From: an uncultured Bacilli bacterium
GTDB taxonomy: Bacteria > Bacillota_I > Bacilli_A > RF39 > UBA660
DNA: 58,743 bases
Direction of reading: 5' to 3'
NCBI GenBank assembly: GCA_947629475.1
Contig: CANRDV010000001.1
Span: 1 to 58,743 of the forward strand
Positions 9,899 to 19,391 of this stretch are shown piece after piece. The notes beneath the pieces are model-generated. The model searched no databases. It was not told where the DNA came from and saw only the letters and a list, made by a program, of their open reading frames with translations. The position numbers were made by a program, and so were the translations under genes. Position 1 is the stretch's first letter, and every line of letters starts with the position of its first letter.

Positions 9899-10336
9899 AT
9901 GCAAGTAATATTTATTAAAGATTTAAAAGGTCAAGGCAAGAAAGGTGAAATTAAGGATGTAAGTGATGGCTATGCAATTAATTTTTTAATAAAAAAAGGA
10001 TATGCTTTAAAGAAAACAGAAGGTAGTTTAAATAAATTAAATGAAGAAAAAAAGAAAGATAAAGAAATAGATTTAGAAAATAGAAATGAGGCTTTAAAAT
10101 TAAAAGAAAAGCTAGAAAATATTACTTTGAATTTTAAAGTTAAAACTTCGAAAGACTCTAGAATGTTTGGTAGTATTAGTAGTAAACAAATTAAAGAAGA
10201 ATTAAATAAATTAGGTTTTAATATTGATAAAAAACAAATTGAAAATACAACTATTAATAGTTTAGGCATGCATTTTGTTAATATAACATTGTATAAAGAT
10301 ATAAAGGGAAAATTAAAAGTACATACAGAAGGGTAG
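9899..10336 (+). CDS. rplI: 50S ribosomal protein L9
   Basis: [31 protein letters not shown]-terminus typical of L9, followed by dnaB. Confidence 0.95.
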   Translation: MQVIFIKDLKGQGKKGEIKDVSDGYAINFLIKKGYALKKTEGSLNKLNEEKKKDKEIDLENRNEALKLKEKLENITLNFKVKTSKDSRMFGSISSKQIKEELNKLGFNIDKKQIENTTINSLGMHFVNITLYKDIKGKLKVHTEG

Positions 10337-10343
10337 GTAACAT

Positions 10344-11696
10344 ATGACAAGGAGTGTTCCAAATAGTAAAGAAGCTGAACAAGCGGTTTTAAGTGCTATG
10401 TTTTTATCTAAAAGTGCTTTAGATAAAGTATTTGAGACAATTGATGAAAATGCTTTTTATTATGATAACAATAGAAAAATATTTTTAGCTTTAAAGAATT
10501 TATATGAAAATAATATTCCAATTGATATGACAACTTTAGGGAATGAACTTAGAAATAAAAATGCTTTGGAGGAAATAGGTGGAGTTTTATATCTAACTGA
10601 AGTTATGGATACGGAAGCAACAGCTGCAAATATAGATTATTATTTAAAAATTGTAGTAGATGATTCTTTAAGAAGAAGATTAATAGATGTTTCTAATGAA
10701 GTAAATCAACTTGGTTATAATACCGAAAGAGAAGTTGCTGAAACTTTGGATGAGGCTGAAAGAAAGATACTTGGAGTTGTTAAAGATAAGAGGTCAACAG
10801 AGTTTAAGACAATTAAAACTGTTGTTTATAATGTACAAAAAAATTTAGAAGAATTATCAAAGTCTCATGGAGAAATTACAGGACTTGCAACGGGATTTCA
10901 AGATTTTGATAAATTAACATCTGGGCTTAGAGAAACGCAATTAATAATAATTGCTGCTCGTCCTTCAATGGGAAAAACAGCGTTTGCTCTTAATATAGCA
11001 ACGCATGCGGCCGTTAGTTTAAATAAATCAGTTGCTATTTTTAACCTAGAAATGTCAGCTGAACAATTAGCTAATAGAATGTTATCTTCCCTTGGACAAA
11101 TTGAGGGGTATAAGTTTTTAAGTGGAAAGTTTGATAATAATGACTATGTTAGATTTAATGAGGCATTAAGTCAACTTGAAAATACTAATATCTTTATGGA
11201 TGATACTCCAGGTATTACAATTGAAGAAATTAGGTCTAAATGTAGACGTTTAAAGTCAAGTGATGTTGGATTAGACTTGATAATAATTGACCATTTACAA
11301 CTTGTTTATAGTAACAAAAACTATGGAGGTAATAGACAACTTGAAGTATCTGAGATATCAAGGTCTTTAAAAATGTTAGCTCTAGAACTTAATATTCCAA
11401 TTATTGTTTTATCTCAGTTATCAAGACTTGTTGAAGGAAGAGAAGATAAACGTCCAATTATGAGTGACTTAAGGGATTCTGGTTCAATCGAGCAAGATGC
11501 TGATATTGTAGCTTTCTTATATCGTGACGATTATTATCATAAGGAAGCAAGAACAAGTGACAATACAAGTTTAAGCGAATTATTAGTTAAAAAGAATCGT
11601 AGTGGTAATACTAAGGATATTAACTTGGTCTTTAAAAGAAATACCAGTACATTCTTAGATTTTACAAGTGAAGGAAGTGATATAGATGGCAAGTAA
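10344..11696 (+). CDS. dnaB: Replicative DNA helicase (DnaB family; DnaC in B. subtilis nomenclature)
   Basis: Walker A ARPSMGKT, Walker B IIIDHLQL, and RDSGSIEQDADIV motif. Confidence 0.95.
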   Translation: MTRSVPNSKEAEQAVLSAMFLSKSALDKVFETIDENAFYYDNNRKIFLALKNLYENNIPIDMTTLGNELRNKNALEEIGGVLYLTEVMDTEATAANIDYYLKIVVDDSLRRRLIDVSNEVNQLGYNTEREVAETLDEAERKILGVVKDKRSTEFKTIKTVVYNVQKNLEELSKSHGEITGLATGFQDFDKLTSGLRETQLIIIAARPSMGKTAFALNIATHAAVSLNKSVAIFNLEMSAEQLANRMLSSLGQIEGYKFLSGKFDNNDYVRFNEALSQLENTNIFMDDTPGITIEEIRSKCRRLKSSDVGLDLIIIDHLQLVYSNKNYGGNRQLEVSEISRSLKMLALELNIPIIVLSQLSRLVEGREDKRPIMSDLRDSGSIEQDADIVAFLYRDDYYHKEARTSDNTSLSELLVKKNRSGNTKDINLVFKRNTSTFLDFTSEGSDIDGK

Positions 11697-13200
11697 TAAG
11701 AAACAATACCCAATAGTTGGGATTATAATTTCTGGAATAATAGCTTTAATATTAACCCTTTTTAATCCGGATGTTTTATCTAAATCAAAAACTCCAATTG
11801 AAGTATATCGTGTTTATTTAAAAGGAGAGTCAATTGGTCTTATTAATTCTGAAACTGAATTATCTGCTTATATTAATGAAAGACAACAAGCAATTAAAGA
11901 TAAATATCATGTTGATAAAGTTTATATTCCAAATGATATAAATGTTGTTAAAGATGTAACATATGACGAGAATGTTATGTCAATTGCTGAAATTTATGAT
12001 ATTATCAATAAAAAGACCCCTTTTACTATTAAAGGTTATGTTGTAACAATTGATAAGACGGAAGCTGAGGAGTATATTAATGATACTGATGTAACTGAAG
12101 AAGATAAAAATAAATCTAAAATTGTTAAAATTAATATTCTTGATACAGATATTTATTATGAAGCTGCTAAAAAGGTATTACTTTCCTTTGTAACCGAAGA
12201 AGAATATAATAATTATGATAATGAAACTCAAAGTCCGATTGTTGATACCGGAGAAATAATTGAAAATTTATATATAGATGCTTATACAACTTTTAAAGAA
12301 GCTTATATACCAATTAATGAAAAAATTTATACAACTGAAGAAGATTTAACAGAATATTTATTATTTGGTGATAATGGTGAGATGTCTACTTATGTTGTTA
12401 AAGATGGAGATACTTTAGAAAGTGTTGCTGAGGCAAATAAGATGAATGTAAACGAACTTTTAATTGCAAATTCTTCTTTAGGTTCAGCAAATGCTCTACT
12501 TTATACTGGTCAAAGATTAACAGTTGGTATCTTAGACCCGGTATTTTCAACTGTTGAAGAGATTCATAAAGTTGAAGACCAAACAATTGCTTATAAAACC
12601 GAATATATCTATGATAATAGCCAAATGGTTGGTTATCAAAAAGTTCAAACCAAAGGAAGTAATGGAATTACTAGAGTTACTCAAAAGATTAAGTCTATTA
12701 ATGGTGAAATAGCTCATATGGTATTCACGAATACTGAAGTAATTCGTCCAGTTACTAATGAAGTAATAGTTAAAGGTGGAAAGAAACCGGTTATTGTTTC
12801 AGCTGGTAATTGGGGCTGGCCTTGTAATATTCCATACCAAGTAACAAGTCCTTGGGGCTGGCGTTGGGGTAGAATGCACAATGGAGTTGATTTATATCCA
12901 TCAGGAGGTTATGGCTCTCCAATTTATGCAGCTAAGCCAGGAGTTGTAACTGAAAGAAAATATGATGCAAGTTTAGGTAATTTCGTTGAAATAAAACATG
13001 AAAATGGTTATTATACAAGATATTTACATATGGCTTCTTTATCACGTTATGTTAAAGTTGGAGATAGTGTTGTTATGGGTCAAACAATAGGAGATGTGGG
13101 TAATTCCGGAGCCTCTCAAGGTACACATTTACACTTTGAAATTTGGACTGGTAAACCTTATGGTGGTGGACAAAGTTATAACCCATTATTGTTCTACTAA
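11686..13200 (+). CDS. M23 family peptidoglycan metalloendopeptidase with LysM and G5 domains
   Basis: N-terminal TM helix, LysM (YVVKDGDTLESVAE..), a G5-like segment, and M23 motifs HNGVDL and HLHFEI. Confidence 0.85.
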   Translation: MASNKKQYPIVGIIISGIIALILTLFNPDVLSKSKTPIEVYRVYLKGESIGLINSETELSAYINERQQAIKDKYHVDKVYIPNDINVVKDVTYDENVMSIAEIYDIINKKTPFTIKGYVVTIDKTEAEEYINDTDVTEEDKNKSKIVKINILDTDIYYEAAKKVLLSFVTEEEYNNYDNETQSPIVDTGEIIENLYIDAYTTFKEAYIPINEKIYTTEEDLTEYLLFGDNGEMSTYVVKDGDTLESVAEANKMNVNELLIANSSLGSANALLYTGQRLTVGILDPVFSTVEEIHKVEDQTIAYKTEYIYDNSQMVGYQKVQTKGSNGITRVTQKIKSINGEIAHMVFTNTEVIRPVTNEVIVKGGKKPVIVSAGNWGWPCNIPYQVTSPWGWRWGRMHNGVDLYPSGGYGSPIYAAKPGVVTERKYDASLGNFVEIKHENGYYTRYLHMASLSRYVKVGDSVVMGQTIGDVGNSGASQGTHLHFEIWTGKPYGGGQSYNPLLFY

Positions 13201-13949
13201 TGCAAGCAATATTCTTAGGGAGTGGTTCGAAAGGTAATTCCACTCTCTTAATAACGGATTCAAAAAAAATATTAATTGATGTTGGCTTATCATATACAAG
13301 AACTAAAACAATTCTTGAAAAATATAATTTAACCCCAGATGACATTGATTTTATTCTTCTTACCCATAATCATAAAGACCATATCGGAGGCTTAAGTGTT
13401 TTAGTTAAAAAGACCAAGAAGTTTATCTATGTTCCAAAAGGAATGGTTAAGTCTATTAGAGATTTAGTTGATATGGATTATATTATGCCAGTTACTTCGG
13501 ATGATTTGGAAATAGATGATTTACATATTAAATTTATTCACACTTCTCATGATGCACCTAGTCCGGTTGGTTTTATCTTTGAAGATTCTAAGTCTCTTGT
13601 TTATATAACTGATACGGGTTATTTAAGTAGAAAGAATTTAAGTTATATGCATGATAAGGATATGTATATCATGGAAAGTAATCATGATGTTGAAATGCTT
13701 ATGAATGGAACCTATCCTTATATGACTAAACAAAGAATAGTTGGAGATGAAGGTCACTTATCTAATGAAATGGCTGGAACTTACTTAAAGGAATTAATTG
13801 GAGATAATACCAAGGAAATAGTTTTAATCCATTTAAGTGAACATAATAATACGGAGGAAATTGCTTTAAATACAGTTAGAAATTTAATTGATAATAAAGT
13901 TTTAGTTGTTGCTGCAAGACAAGAGGAGGATATGAGTGTTTTGATATGA
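13200..13949 (+). CDS. MBL-fold metallo-hydrolase (YycJ/WalJ-like)
   Basis: HNHKDH (HxHxDH) motif. The position before rlmH matches the yycJ-rlmH arrangement. Confidence 0.85.
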   Translation: MQAIFLGSGSKGNSTLLITDSKKILIDVGLSYTRTKTILEKYNLTPDDIDFILLTHNHKDHIGGLSVLVKKTKKFIYVPKGMVKSIRDLVDMDYIMPVTSDDLEIDDLHIKFIHTSHDAPSPVGFIFEDSKSLVYITDTGYLSRKNLSYMHDKDMYIMESNHDVEMLMNGTYPYMTKQRIVGDEGHLSNEMAGTYLKELIGDNTKEIVLIHLSEHNNTEEIALNTVRNLIDNKVLVVAARQEEDMSVLI

Positions 13950-14398
13950 TAAAAATTATTTGTATAGGAAAAATAAAAGAGAATTATTTAAAGGATGCCA
14001 TAAGTGAATATTCTAAAAGACTCTCTAAATATACTAAGTTAGAAATAATTGAATTACCTGATTCTTCATATGATATTAAAAAGACTTTAGAAGTTGAAAG
14101 AGATAATATCTTAAAAGTATTAAATAAAAATGATTATAATATCTTACTTGATATAGATGCTAATACTTATACTAGTTTAGAATTTGCAAATCATTTAGAT
14201 AAAATAAGAAATTTAAATAGTAATATAACTTTTCTAATAGGTGGTTCAAATGGAGTTCATCTTGATATAAAAAATATAGTTAATGAAAGAATTTCGTTTT
14301 CTAAATTAACTTTTCCTCATCAACTATTTAGAGTTATCTTATTAGAACAGATATATCGAAGTTATAAAATTTTAAATAATGAAGAATATCATAAATAA
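13946..14398 (+). CDS. rlmH: 23S rRNA (pseudouridine1915-N3)-methyltransferase
   Basis: 150-aa SPOUT protein MIKIICIGKIKENYL..GGSNG typical of RlmH. Confidence 0.9.
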   Translation: MIKIICIGKIKENYLKDAISEYSKRLSKYTKLEIIELPDSSYDIKKTLEVERDNILKVLNKNDYNILLDIDANTYTSLEFANHLDKIRNLNSNITFLIGGSNGVHLDIKNIVNERISFSKLTFPHQLFRVILLEQIYRSYKILNNEEYHK

Positions 14399-14458
14399 CT
14401 AGGGTTACCTGGTTATTTTTAACCTTAATATATCTAATTAGTTATACTATAGGCAAAT

Positions 14459-14540
14459 AAAAAAGCCCATTAGGACTTTTTTATCTAAAAATTTTCTATA
14501 AAGGAGGTGGTTCCATAATGCAAAGAGAACCTTTCCTCAT
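14459..14540 (-). ncRNA. Candidate antisense-type sRNA (unit 1 of the tandem type I TA-like locus)
   Basis: Minus-strand promoter TTGCTA-17-TAATAT (14575..14547). Minus-strand terminator AGUCC-UAAU-GGGCU followed by U6 (about 14482..14459). The transcript would contain CACCUCCUUU, which is anti-Shine-Dalgarno. Confidence 0.35.
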
Positions 14541-14749
14541 GTATACATATTATCATAAAATTTTAGTTTTAGCAAGGACTTTTTCATTTTTTTTAGAAAT
14601 TTAAAAATGAACCTTGTTTTTTAAACTAAGATATGTTATGTTAGTATCATGGATATATCTAATTCGTTAGGTGCTAATCCTTTATAGACAAATTATAAAA
14701 ACCACCAAGGAGTTGCAATCTAAAAATTTGTTATAGAGGAGGTGATATC

Positions 14750-14833
14750 ATGACTCATAAGGAAATGAATTTTTTAAGGGTTGTGGTTGTACTACTATTT
14801 GCAGTGGTTTTTGCGCTAATTTTTTTCAACTAG
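14750..14833 (+). CDS. Candidate type I toxin: 27-aa hydrophobic peptide MTHKEMNFLRVVVVLLFAVVFALIFFN
   Basis: Strong RBS AGAGGAGGTG 6 nt upstream of the ATG. The peptide has a polar head and a single TM helix. Own terminator downstream and a convergent antisense promoter. Confidence 0.45.
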   Translation: MTHKEMNFLRVVVVLLFAVVFALIFFN

Positions 14834-14840
14834 GACACTG

Positions 14841-14957
14841 CAAAAAGCACACTAACGATTGTCTACGTTGGTGTGCTTAACCCAAAATTTTAGGGATTAG
14901 TACCTAACTTCTGACAATTAGGTATATCCTTTTTTATTATATGAAGGAACTCTTCAT
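14841..14957 (-). ncRNA. Candidate antitoxin RNA convergent to the small-peptide gene (3' overlap type)
   Basis: Minus-strand promoter TTGATT-17-TAATAT (14992..14964). Minus-strand terminator AAGCACAC..GTGTGCTT followed by T5 (14878..14841). The transcript overlaps the 3' UTR and terminator of the peptide mRNA. Confidence 0.4.
14894..14935 (+). terminator. Rho-independent terminator of the small-peptide mRNA
   Basis: GGAT..TACCTAA / TTAGGTA..ATCC hairpin followed by T6. Confidence 0.6.
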
Positions 14958-14998
14958 GTATACATATTATCATATAATTACTAATTAATCAAGAATTT

Positions 14999-15682
14999 TT
15001 ACTTAATATTTAAATAATTTATCGTATTATGAGCTAATATTTTCATAGCATCAACTAAAATATCATCGTCTAAATTTTTAATCTGTCTTAAAGCCGAAAG
15101 TTCAGTACAACCTAGAATAATATATTCACAATTTTCATCTTTTAAACTATTAACAACTTTATAAAAATCATCTAAATTAATAGGATTACCTCCTTTAACT
15201 CCATCATAGATAATATTAGTTATTATTTCTTGATTGGAAGAGTTTGGTATAACACAGTCAATTCCATATTTATTTAATAAATCTTTATAAATTCCACTTT
15301 CAATAGTACCAAGAGTTGCTAATAATCCAACTTTCTTGGCATTTTTATTAGCAAGATATTTTACAGTTTCTAAAACAATATTAATAAATGGAATATTAGT
15401 ATTTTTAACTATTTCTTCAAAAAAGTAAGATGCTGTATTACAAGGCATAACAATGATAGATACACTACATTTCTCTAATTTCTTAACCATTTCTAAAATA
15501 TTAGGAAGAGGGTTAGGTTTAGTATTATCTAAAATATAATCAGTTCTATCAGGTGTTGTTGGGTCATTTATAACTACCATTTCAACATTATCAGTTATTT
15601 TTTCTAAATCATCATTTAAAAGTTCCATAAACTTAACGGTTGCAAGAGGACCAAGTCCTCCAATAATACCTATCTTTTTCAT
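14999..15682 (-). CDS. Aspartate racemase (Asp/Glu racemase family)
   Basis: IGIIGGLGPLAT N-terminus and two catalytic Cys motifs, MPCNTASYF and LGCTELS. Confidence 0.85.
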   Translation of the reverse strand: MKKIGIIGGLGPLATVKFMELLNDDLEKITDNVEMVVINDPTTPDRTDYILDNTKPNPLPNILEMVKKLEKCSVSIIVMPCNTASYFFEEIVKNTNIPFINIVLETVKYLANKNAKKVGLLATLGTIESGIYKDLLNKYGIDCVIPNSSNQEIITNIIYDGVKGGNPINLDDFYKVVNSLKDENCEYIILGCTELSALRQIKNLDDDILVDAMKILAHNTINYLNIK

Positions 15683-16017
15683 TAGTTCACTTCCTTAAGA
15701 CTAATAATTTTCTGAATTAAATCACTATTTTCTAAATTAAAATCTTTATTTATAATAGGAATAAGAGTATTATCTTTAATAATATTATATATAACTTCAT
15801 TATTAAAAGTTAAAACTAAATAACTTGAATCGATTGCTTCTAATTCTTTTATGATAGTTATTATTTCTTGTTTACTTTTTTCTAATAATTTATTATCAAT
15901 TATAATATTCATTTTTAGATGTTCTTGGTCTATTTTAGCTTTAGTATTATGAATAATTTTATTAACAAACTCCGTTGTTTTATTAAAATTATCGCCTAGA
16001 ATAGCAATTGTTGTCAT
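15682..16017 (-). CDS. Hypothetical protein (111 aa)
   Basis: GGAGG RBS. TAATG overlap with the racemase start. Sits between the ligase and the racemase. Confidence 0.5.
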   Translation of the reverse strand: MTTIAILGDNFNKTTEFVNKIIHNTKAKIDQEHLKMNIIIDNKLLEKSKQEIITIIKELEAIDSSYLVLTFNNEVIYNIIKDNTLIPIINKDFNLENSDLIQKIISLKEVN

Positions 16018-16025
16018 AGTGCCTC

Positions 16026-17231
16026 CTATTTATAATATTTTTTATATTTGGAATAATACCTTAAAGTTTTTAATTTTATAATAATATATCTTCGAATTGA
16101 AAAATCATTCTTATATAATAAGATATTTCTAACTTTATGTTCTTTATATAAATTTCTGGCTATATCCTTTAATTCATTATTTTTAGTATATTTCATAACA
16201 ACTCCTTTAGGAACAATACTCCAAAGGAATTTATTATTTAAATATTCAATTTTTCTTTTCTTATGATAGATAAAATCATCAACTAGATACTTAACAATAT
16301 TAGAACCACTTACTGTCGTAAAAGAAGAACTACGACCTTGTCTTATATTAATTTCAAATAATTTATAACTATTAGTTCTAGTATCATATTTAAAATCAAA
16401 ATTAGCATAACCAACATATTTAATTTTTTCTAAAAATTCTTGCATTCTATCAAATAATTCTTGGTCAAAAGTTGGAATAATGGCATCATAATCTCCAATT
16501 GATTTAGGAGTTTTTTCTTCAAGTAATATTTGACCTAGAGCCATGAATGTTACTTTGTGATTACTATCAACATAAGCATTTAAAACTCGAAGATTAGTAT
16601 CATCTCCCGGAATATATTCTTGAATAATTAAATTACTTTTATAGGAAGATGAATAAATACGATTTAAAATATCATGTAATTCTTCTTCACTATAACAAAT
16701 AAAAACTTTTTTCTTTCCTACAAAGTCAGCTTTCCAATAAGAAACACTATCACTAGGTTTAATAATAACTGGAAAATCAAAGGGCAAAGAAACATCTTTA
16801 TAATGGGTATAATCACAAATAAAAATTCTTGGAAATTCTAGATTATATTCCGTACAAGTTTTATAAAATTCTTCCTTTAATACTAATTTTTGCATTAAAT
16901 CATAATCAATATAAGGAATTAAAAAATATTTAGCAAGTTCTTTTTTATTTTCAATAATAAGTCGCATATAAACATCACTACAAGCAATTAATAATAATTT
17001 TTTATCTTTATATTCATTATAAACATCTTTTAAAACTTTTAGAAAAGTTTCTTTATTTTCTAAATCAGGGTTAGTAAAAGGAACAATTATTTTACTATAT
17101 TTGGTTTCTAAATAATCAGTCTTTCTAACTGAGATAGACTTTATTTGGTATTCTTCATGGAAAGCAACAGCCATTCCATATACATTACGGTCACTTCCTA
17201 ATAAAATAGGAATAAATTCTTGATTTTTCAT
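16026..17231 (-). CDS. ATP-grasp carboxylate-amine ligase, D-aspartate ligase-like
   Basis: ATP-grasp motifs VIIKPSDS, IIQEYIPG and ELFEINIRQGRS. Adjacent to an aspartate racemase, as in the enterococcal D-Asp ligase/racemase pair. Start moved to the ATG after GGAGGA (the ORF track begins at a TTG inside the RBS). Confidence 0.65.
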   Translation of the reverse strand: MKNQEFIPILLGSDRNVYGMAVAFHEEYQIKSISVRKTDYLETKYSKIIVPFTNPDLENKETFLKVLKDVYNEYKDKKLLLIACSDVYMRLIIENKKELAKYFLIPYIDYDLMQKLVLKEEFYKTCTEYNLEFPRIFICDYTHYKDVSLPFDFPVIIKPSDSVSYWKADFVGKKKVFICYSEEELHDILNRIYSSSYKSNLIIQEYIPGDDTNLRVLNAYVDSNHKVTFMALGQILLEEKTPKSIGDYDAIIPTFDQELFDRMQEFLEKIKYVGYANFDFKYDTRTNSYKLFEINIRQGRSSSFTTVSGSNIVKYLVDDFIYHKKRKIEYLNNKFLWSIVPKGVVMKYTKNNELKDIARNLYKEHKVRNILLYKNDFSIRRYIIIKLKTLRYYSKYKKYYK

Positions 17232-17414
17232 ATAATCCTCCAACTGTTAAAATTATAGCATGAAGTTTAATATTATACAATAAGTTTACAGAAATTTATC
17301 AGGAAGATTGTTGCCAAATATGGTTAGATATGTTACACTTAAGATAGCAATAATAGGTTATTAATTCGACAATTTTAGATATATAAATATGTTTTAATAG
17401 TAGTAGGAGGACAT

Positions 17415-18752
17415 ATGGCTTATTTAAATAGTGTTTTATGGAGTGTTGCAACTGTTTTTTTAACGGCATCGGGAGTTTATTATGCTTTTAAGTTAAAGTT
17501 TTTGCATTTGAATGTTAAAGAAATTTATCATAATTTATTTAAGAAAAAGAAAGATAATAAAGGAATATCGCCCTTTGCTTCTTTGATGGTATCACTTGGT
17601 GCTTGTATTGGAGTTGGGTCACTTGCAGGGATTGCTTTAGCAATTTATAAAGGTGGAGTTGGAACAATTTTTTGGATATGGATATCGTGCTTAATCATGG
17701 CTCCTAATTCGTTAGTTGAAAATTTACTGGCTGTTATTTATCAAAAGAAAAAGGGAAGTGAGTATTATGGTGGTCCACCTTATTATATAAGAGATGGACT
17801 TGGTTATAAAAAACTTGCTTTAGTATTTGCATTTATTGTAGCATTTTCTTATCTATTTGGGTTTCTAACAATTCAATCGAATACCATTGCAACCTCAATT
17901 ACTAATTTCTTTAATGTTCCAAATTTTCTAATTGGTTTAGTAGTTGGAGTTTTATCGTTTATTATTATTCATAATGGAATTAAAGGAATTGCTAAGTTTT
18001 CAAGTGTTTTTGTTCCTTTAATGGGTTTATTATATTTTGGAGTATCTTTATTTTTGGTTATTAAAAACTTTAATATGTTACCAAGTATTCTGAGTCGGAT
18101 ATTCCATGAGGCTTTTAACTTTAAGGCTTTAGGATGGGGAATGTTCTCGGTTATTATAATTGGTATTCAAAGAGGAATATTTTCAAATGAAGCGGGAGTT
18201 GGAACGGCTGCCATTGCTTCTGGTTCAAGTGGTGCTAAAAGTCCAATTAGTCAAGGTTTAATTCAAACTGTTGGCGTTTATATAACAACATTCATTATTT
18301 GTACAGGAACGGCTTTTATTATTCTAACTTCTAATTACAATCCTAGTAATTATATAGATGTAAATGGAATAGAGATAACTTTAGATGCTCTTTATTATCA
18401 TTTAGGAAATCTTGGAACAATTATTCTTTATTTTTGTATAATTGCTTTTTCATTCTCGACTATTATTTCTGGTTATTATTATGGAGAAGTTAATATGCGA
18501 TTTCTTTTAAAAAGTATTACAGATAAACAAATTTTTTTACTTAAAATTTTAACTTGTATCTTACTAGTCTTAGGATGCTTGATTAGTGCCAATGTCCTTT
18601 GGGGAATGGTCGATATCTTAACAGCAATTTTAGCAATTATTAACGTTTTTGCTATGCTAAATTTACGAAAAGATGTTATAATAGAATATATGAATTATCG
18701 AGGTAGGTGTAGTTATGATAGGAAACGATTGGGACATGGTTCTAGAAAGTGA
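17415..18752 (+). CDS. Alanine/glycine:cation symporter (AGCS family)
   Basis: About 11 TM helices. GIQRGIFSNEAGVGTAAIA motif typical of sodium:alanine symporters. Confidence 0.85.
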   Translation: MAYLNSVLWSVATVFLTASGVYYAFKLKFLHLNVKEIYHNLFKKKKDNKGISPFASLMVSLGACIGVGSLAGIALAIYKGGVGTIFWIWISCLIMAPNSLVENLLAVIYQKKKGSEYYGGPPYYIRDGLGYKKLALVFAFIVAFSYLFGFLTIQSNTIATSITNFFNVPNFLIGLVVGVLSFIIIHNGIKGIAKFSSVFVPLMGLLYFGVSLFLVIKNFNMLPSILSRIFHEAFNFKALGWGMFSVIIIGIQRGIFSNEAGVGTAAIASGSSGAKSPISQGLIQTVGVYITTFIICTGTAFIILTSNYNPSNYIDVNGIEITLDALYYHLGNLGTIILYFCIIAFSFSTIISGYYYGEVNMRFLLKSITDKQIFLLKILTCILLVLGCLISANVLWGMVDILTAILAIINVFAMLNLRKDVIIEYMNYRGRCSYDRKRLGHGSRK

Positions 18753-19383
18753 ATTTAAGAAAGATTATTTTTATAATTTATTAAGATTTGTCCAAGGAGA
18801 ATATGCCAGAAAAACTATTTATCCAGCTAAAAAGGAAGTTTTTAGAGCATTCAGATATACTCCTTATAAAGATGTAAAGGTAGTAATACTAGGTCAAGAC
18901 CCTTATCATGGGGAAGGTCAAGCTGAGGGGTTAAGTTTTTCCGTACCTAAAGGAATTAGAAAACCTCCATCACTTGTAAATATTTTTAAAGAATTAGAAA
19001 GTGATTTAGGAATACCGATGCCAAATACTGGTTCTTTAGTTCCTTGGGCTAGACAAGGAGTCTTACTTTTAAATACAGTTTTAACAGTTATCAAAGACCA
19101 AGCGGCTAGTCATAAAGACATAGGTTGGGAGACTTTTACTGATGAAGTAATCAAGAAAATAAATGAAAAAGAAGAACCTGTTGTCTTCATTCTTTGGGGA
19201 AGTTATGCGAGAAGCAAGAAAAAATATATTACGAATAAAAAACATTTAATAGTTGAGTCAGCTCACCCATCACCTCTTTCAGCATATAATGGTTTCTTTG
19301 GTTCTAAACCTTTTTCTAAAACAAATGAATTTTTAATTAAAAATAATTTAAAACCAATTGATTGGCAAATAAAGGATGATTAG
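18715..19383 (+). CDS. ung: Uracil-DNA glycosylase
   Basis: GQDPYHG motif, LLLNTVLTV, and HPSPLSA C-terminal motif. Confidence 0.95.
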   Translation: MIGNDWDMVLESEFKKDYFYNLLRFVQGEYARKTIYPAKKEVFRAFRYTPYKDVKVVILGQDPYHGEGQAEGLSFSVPKGIRKPPSLVNIFKELESDLGIPMPNTGSLVPWARQGVLLLNTVLTVIKDQAASHKDIGWETFTDEVIKKINEKEEPVVFILWGSYARSKKKYITNKKHLIVESAHPSPLSAYNGFFGSKPFSKTNEFLIKNNLKPIDWQIKDD

Positions 19384-19391
19384 GAGTATAA

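Noticed and set aside
14518-14604. A 28-aa ORF (MQREPFLMYTYYHKILVLARTFSFFLEI) behind a perfect RBS in unit 1 of the TA-like repeat.
   Set aside because: It arises from the fusion of the RBS block to the downstream promoter block after loss of the toxin ORF. It is not hydrophobic like the unit-2 peptide. It is probably a remnant, so it is not called as a gene.
17244-17414. Looked for a glycine or amino-acid riboswitch upstream of the alanine/glycine symporter.
   Set aside because: The region is AT-rich, with only a plausible promoter (TTGCCA-17-TACACT). No conserved GC-rich helices are present.
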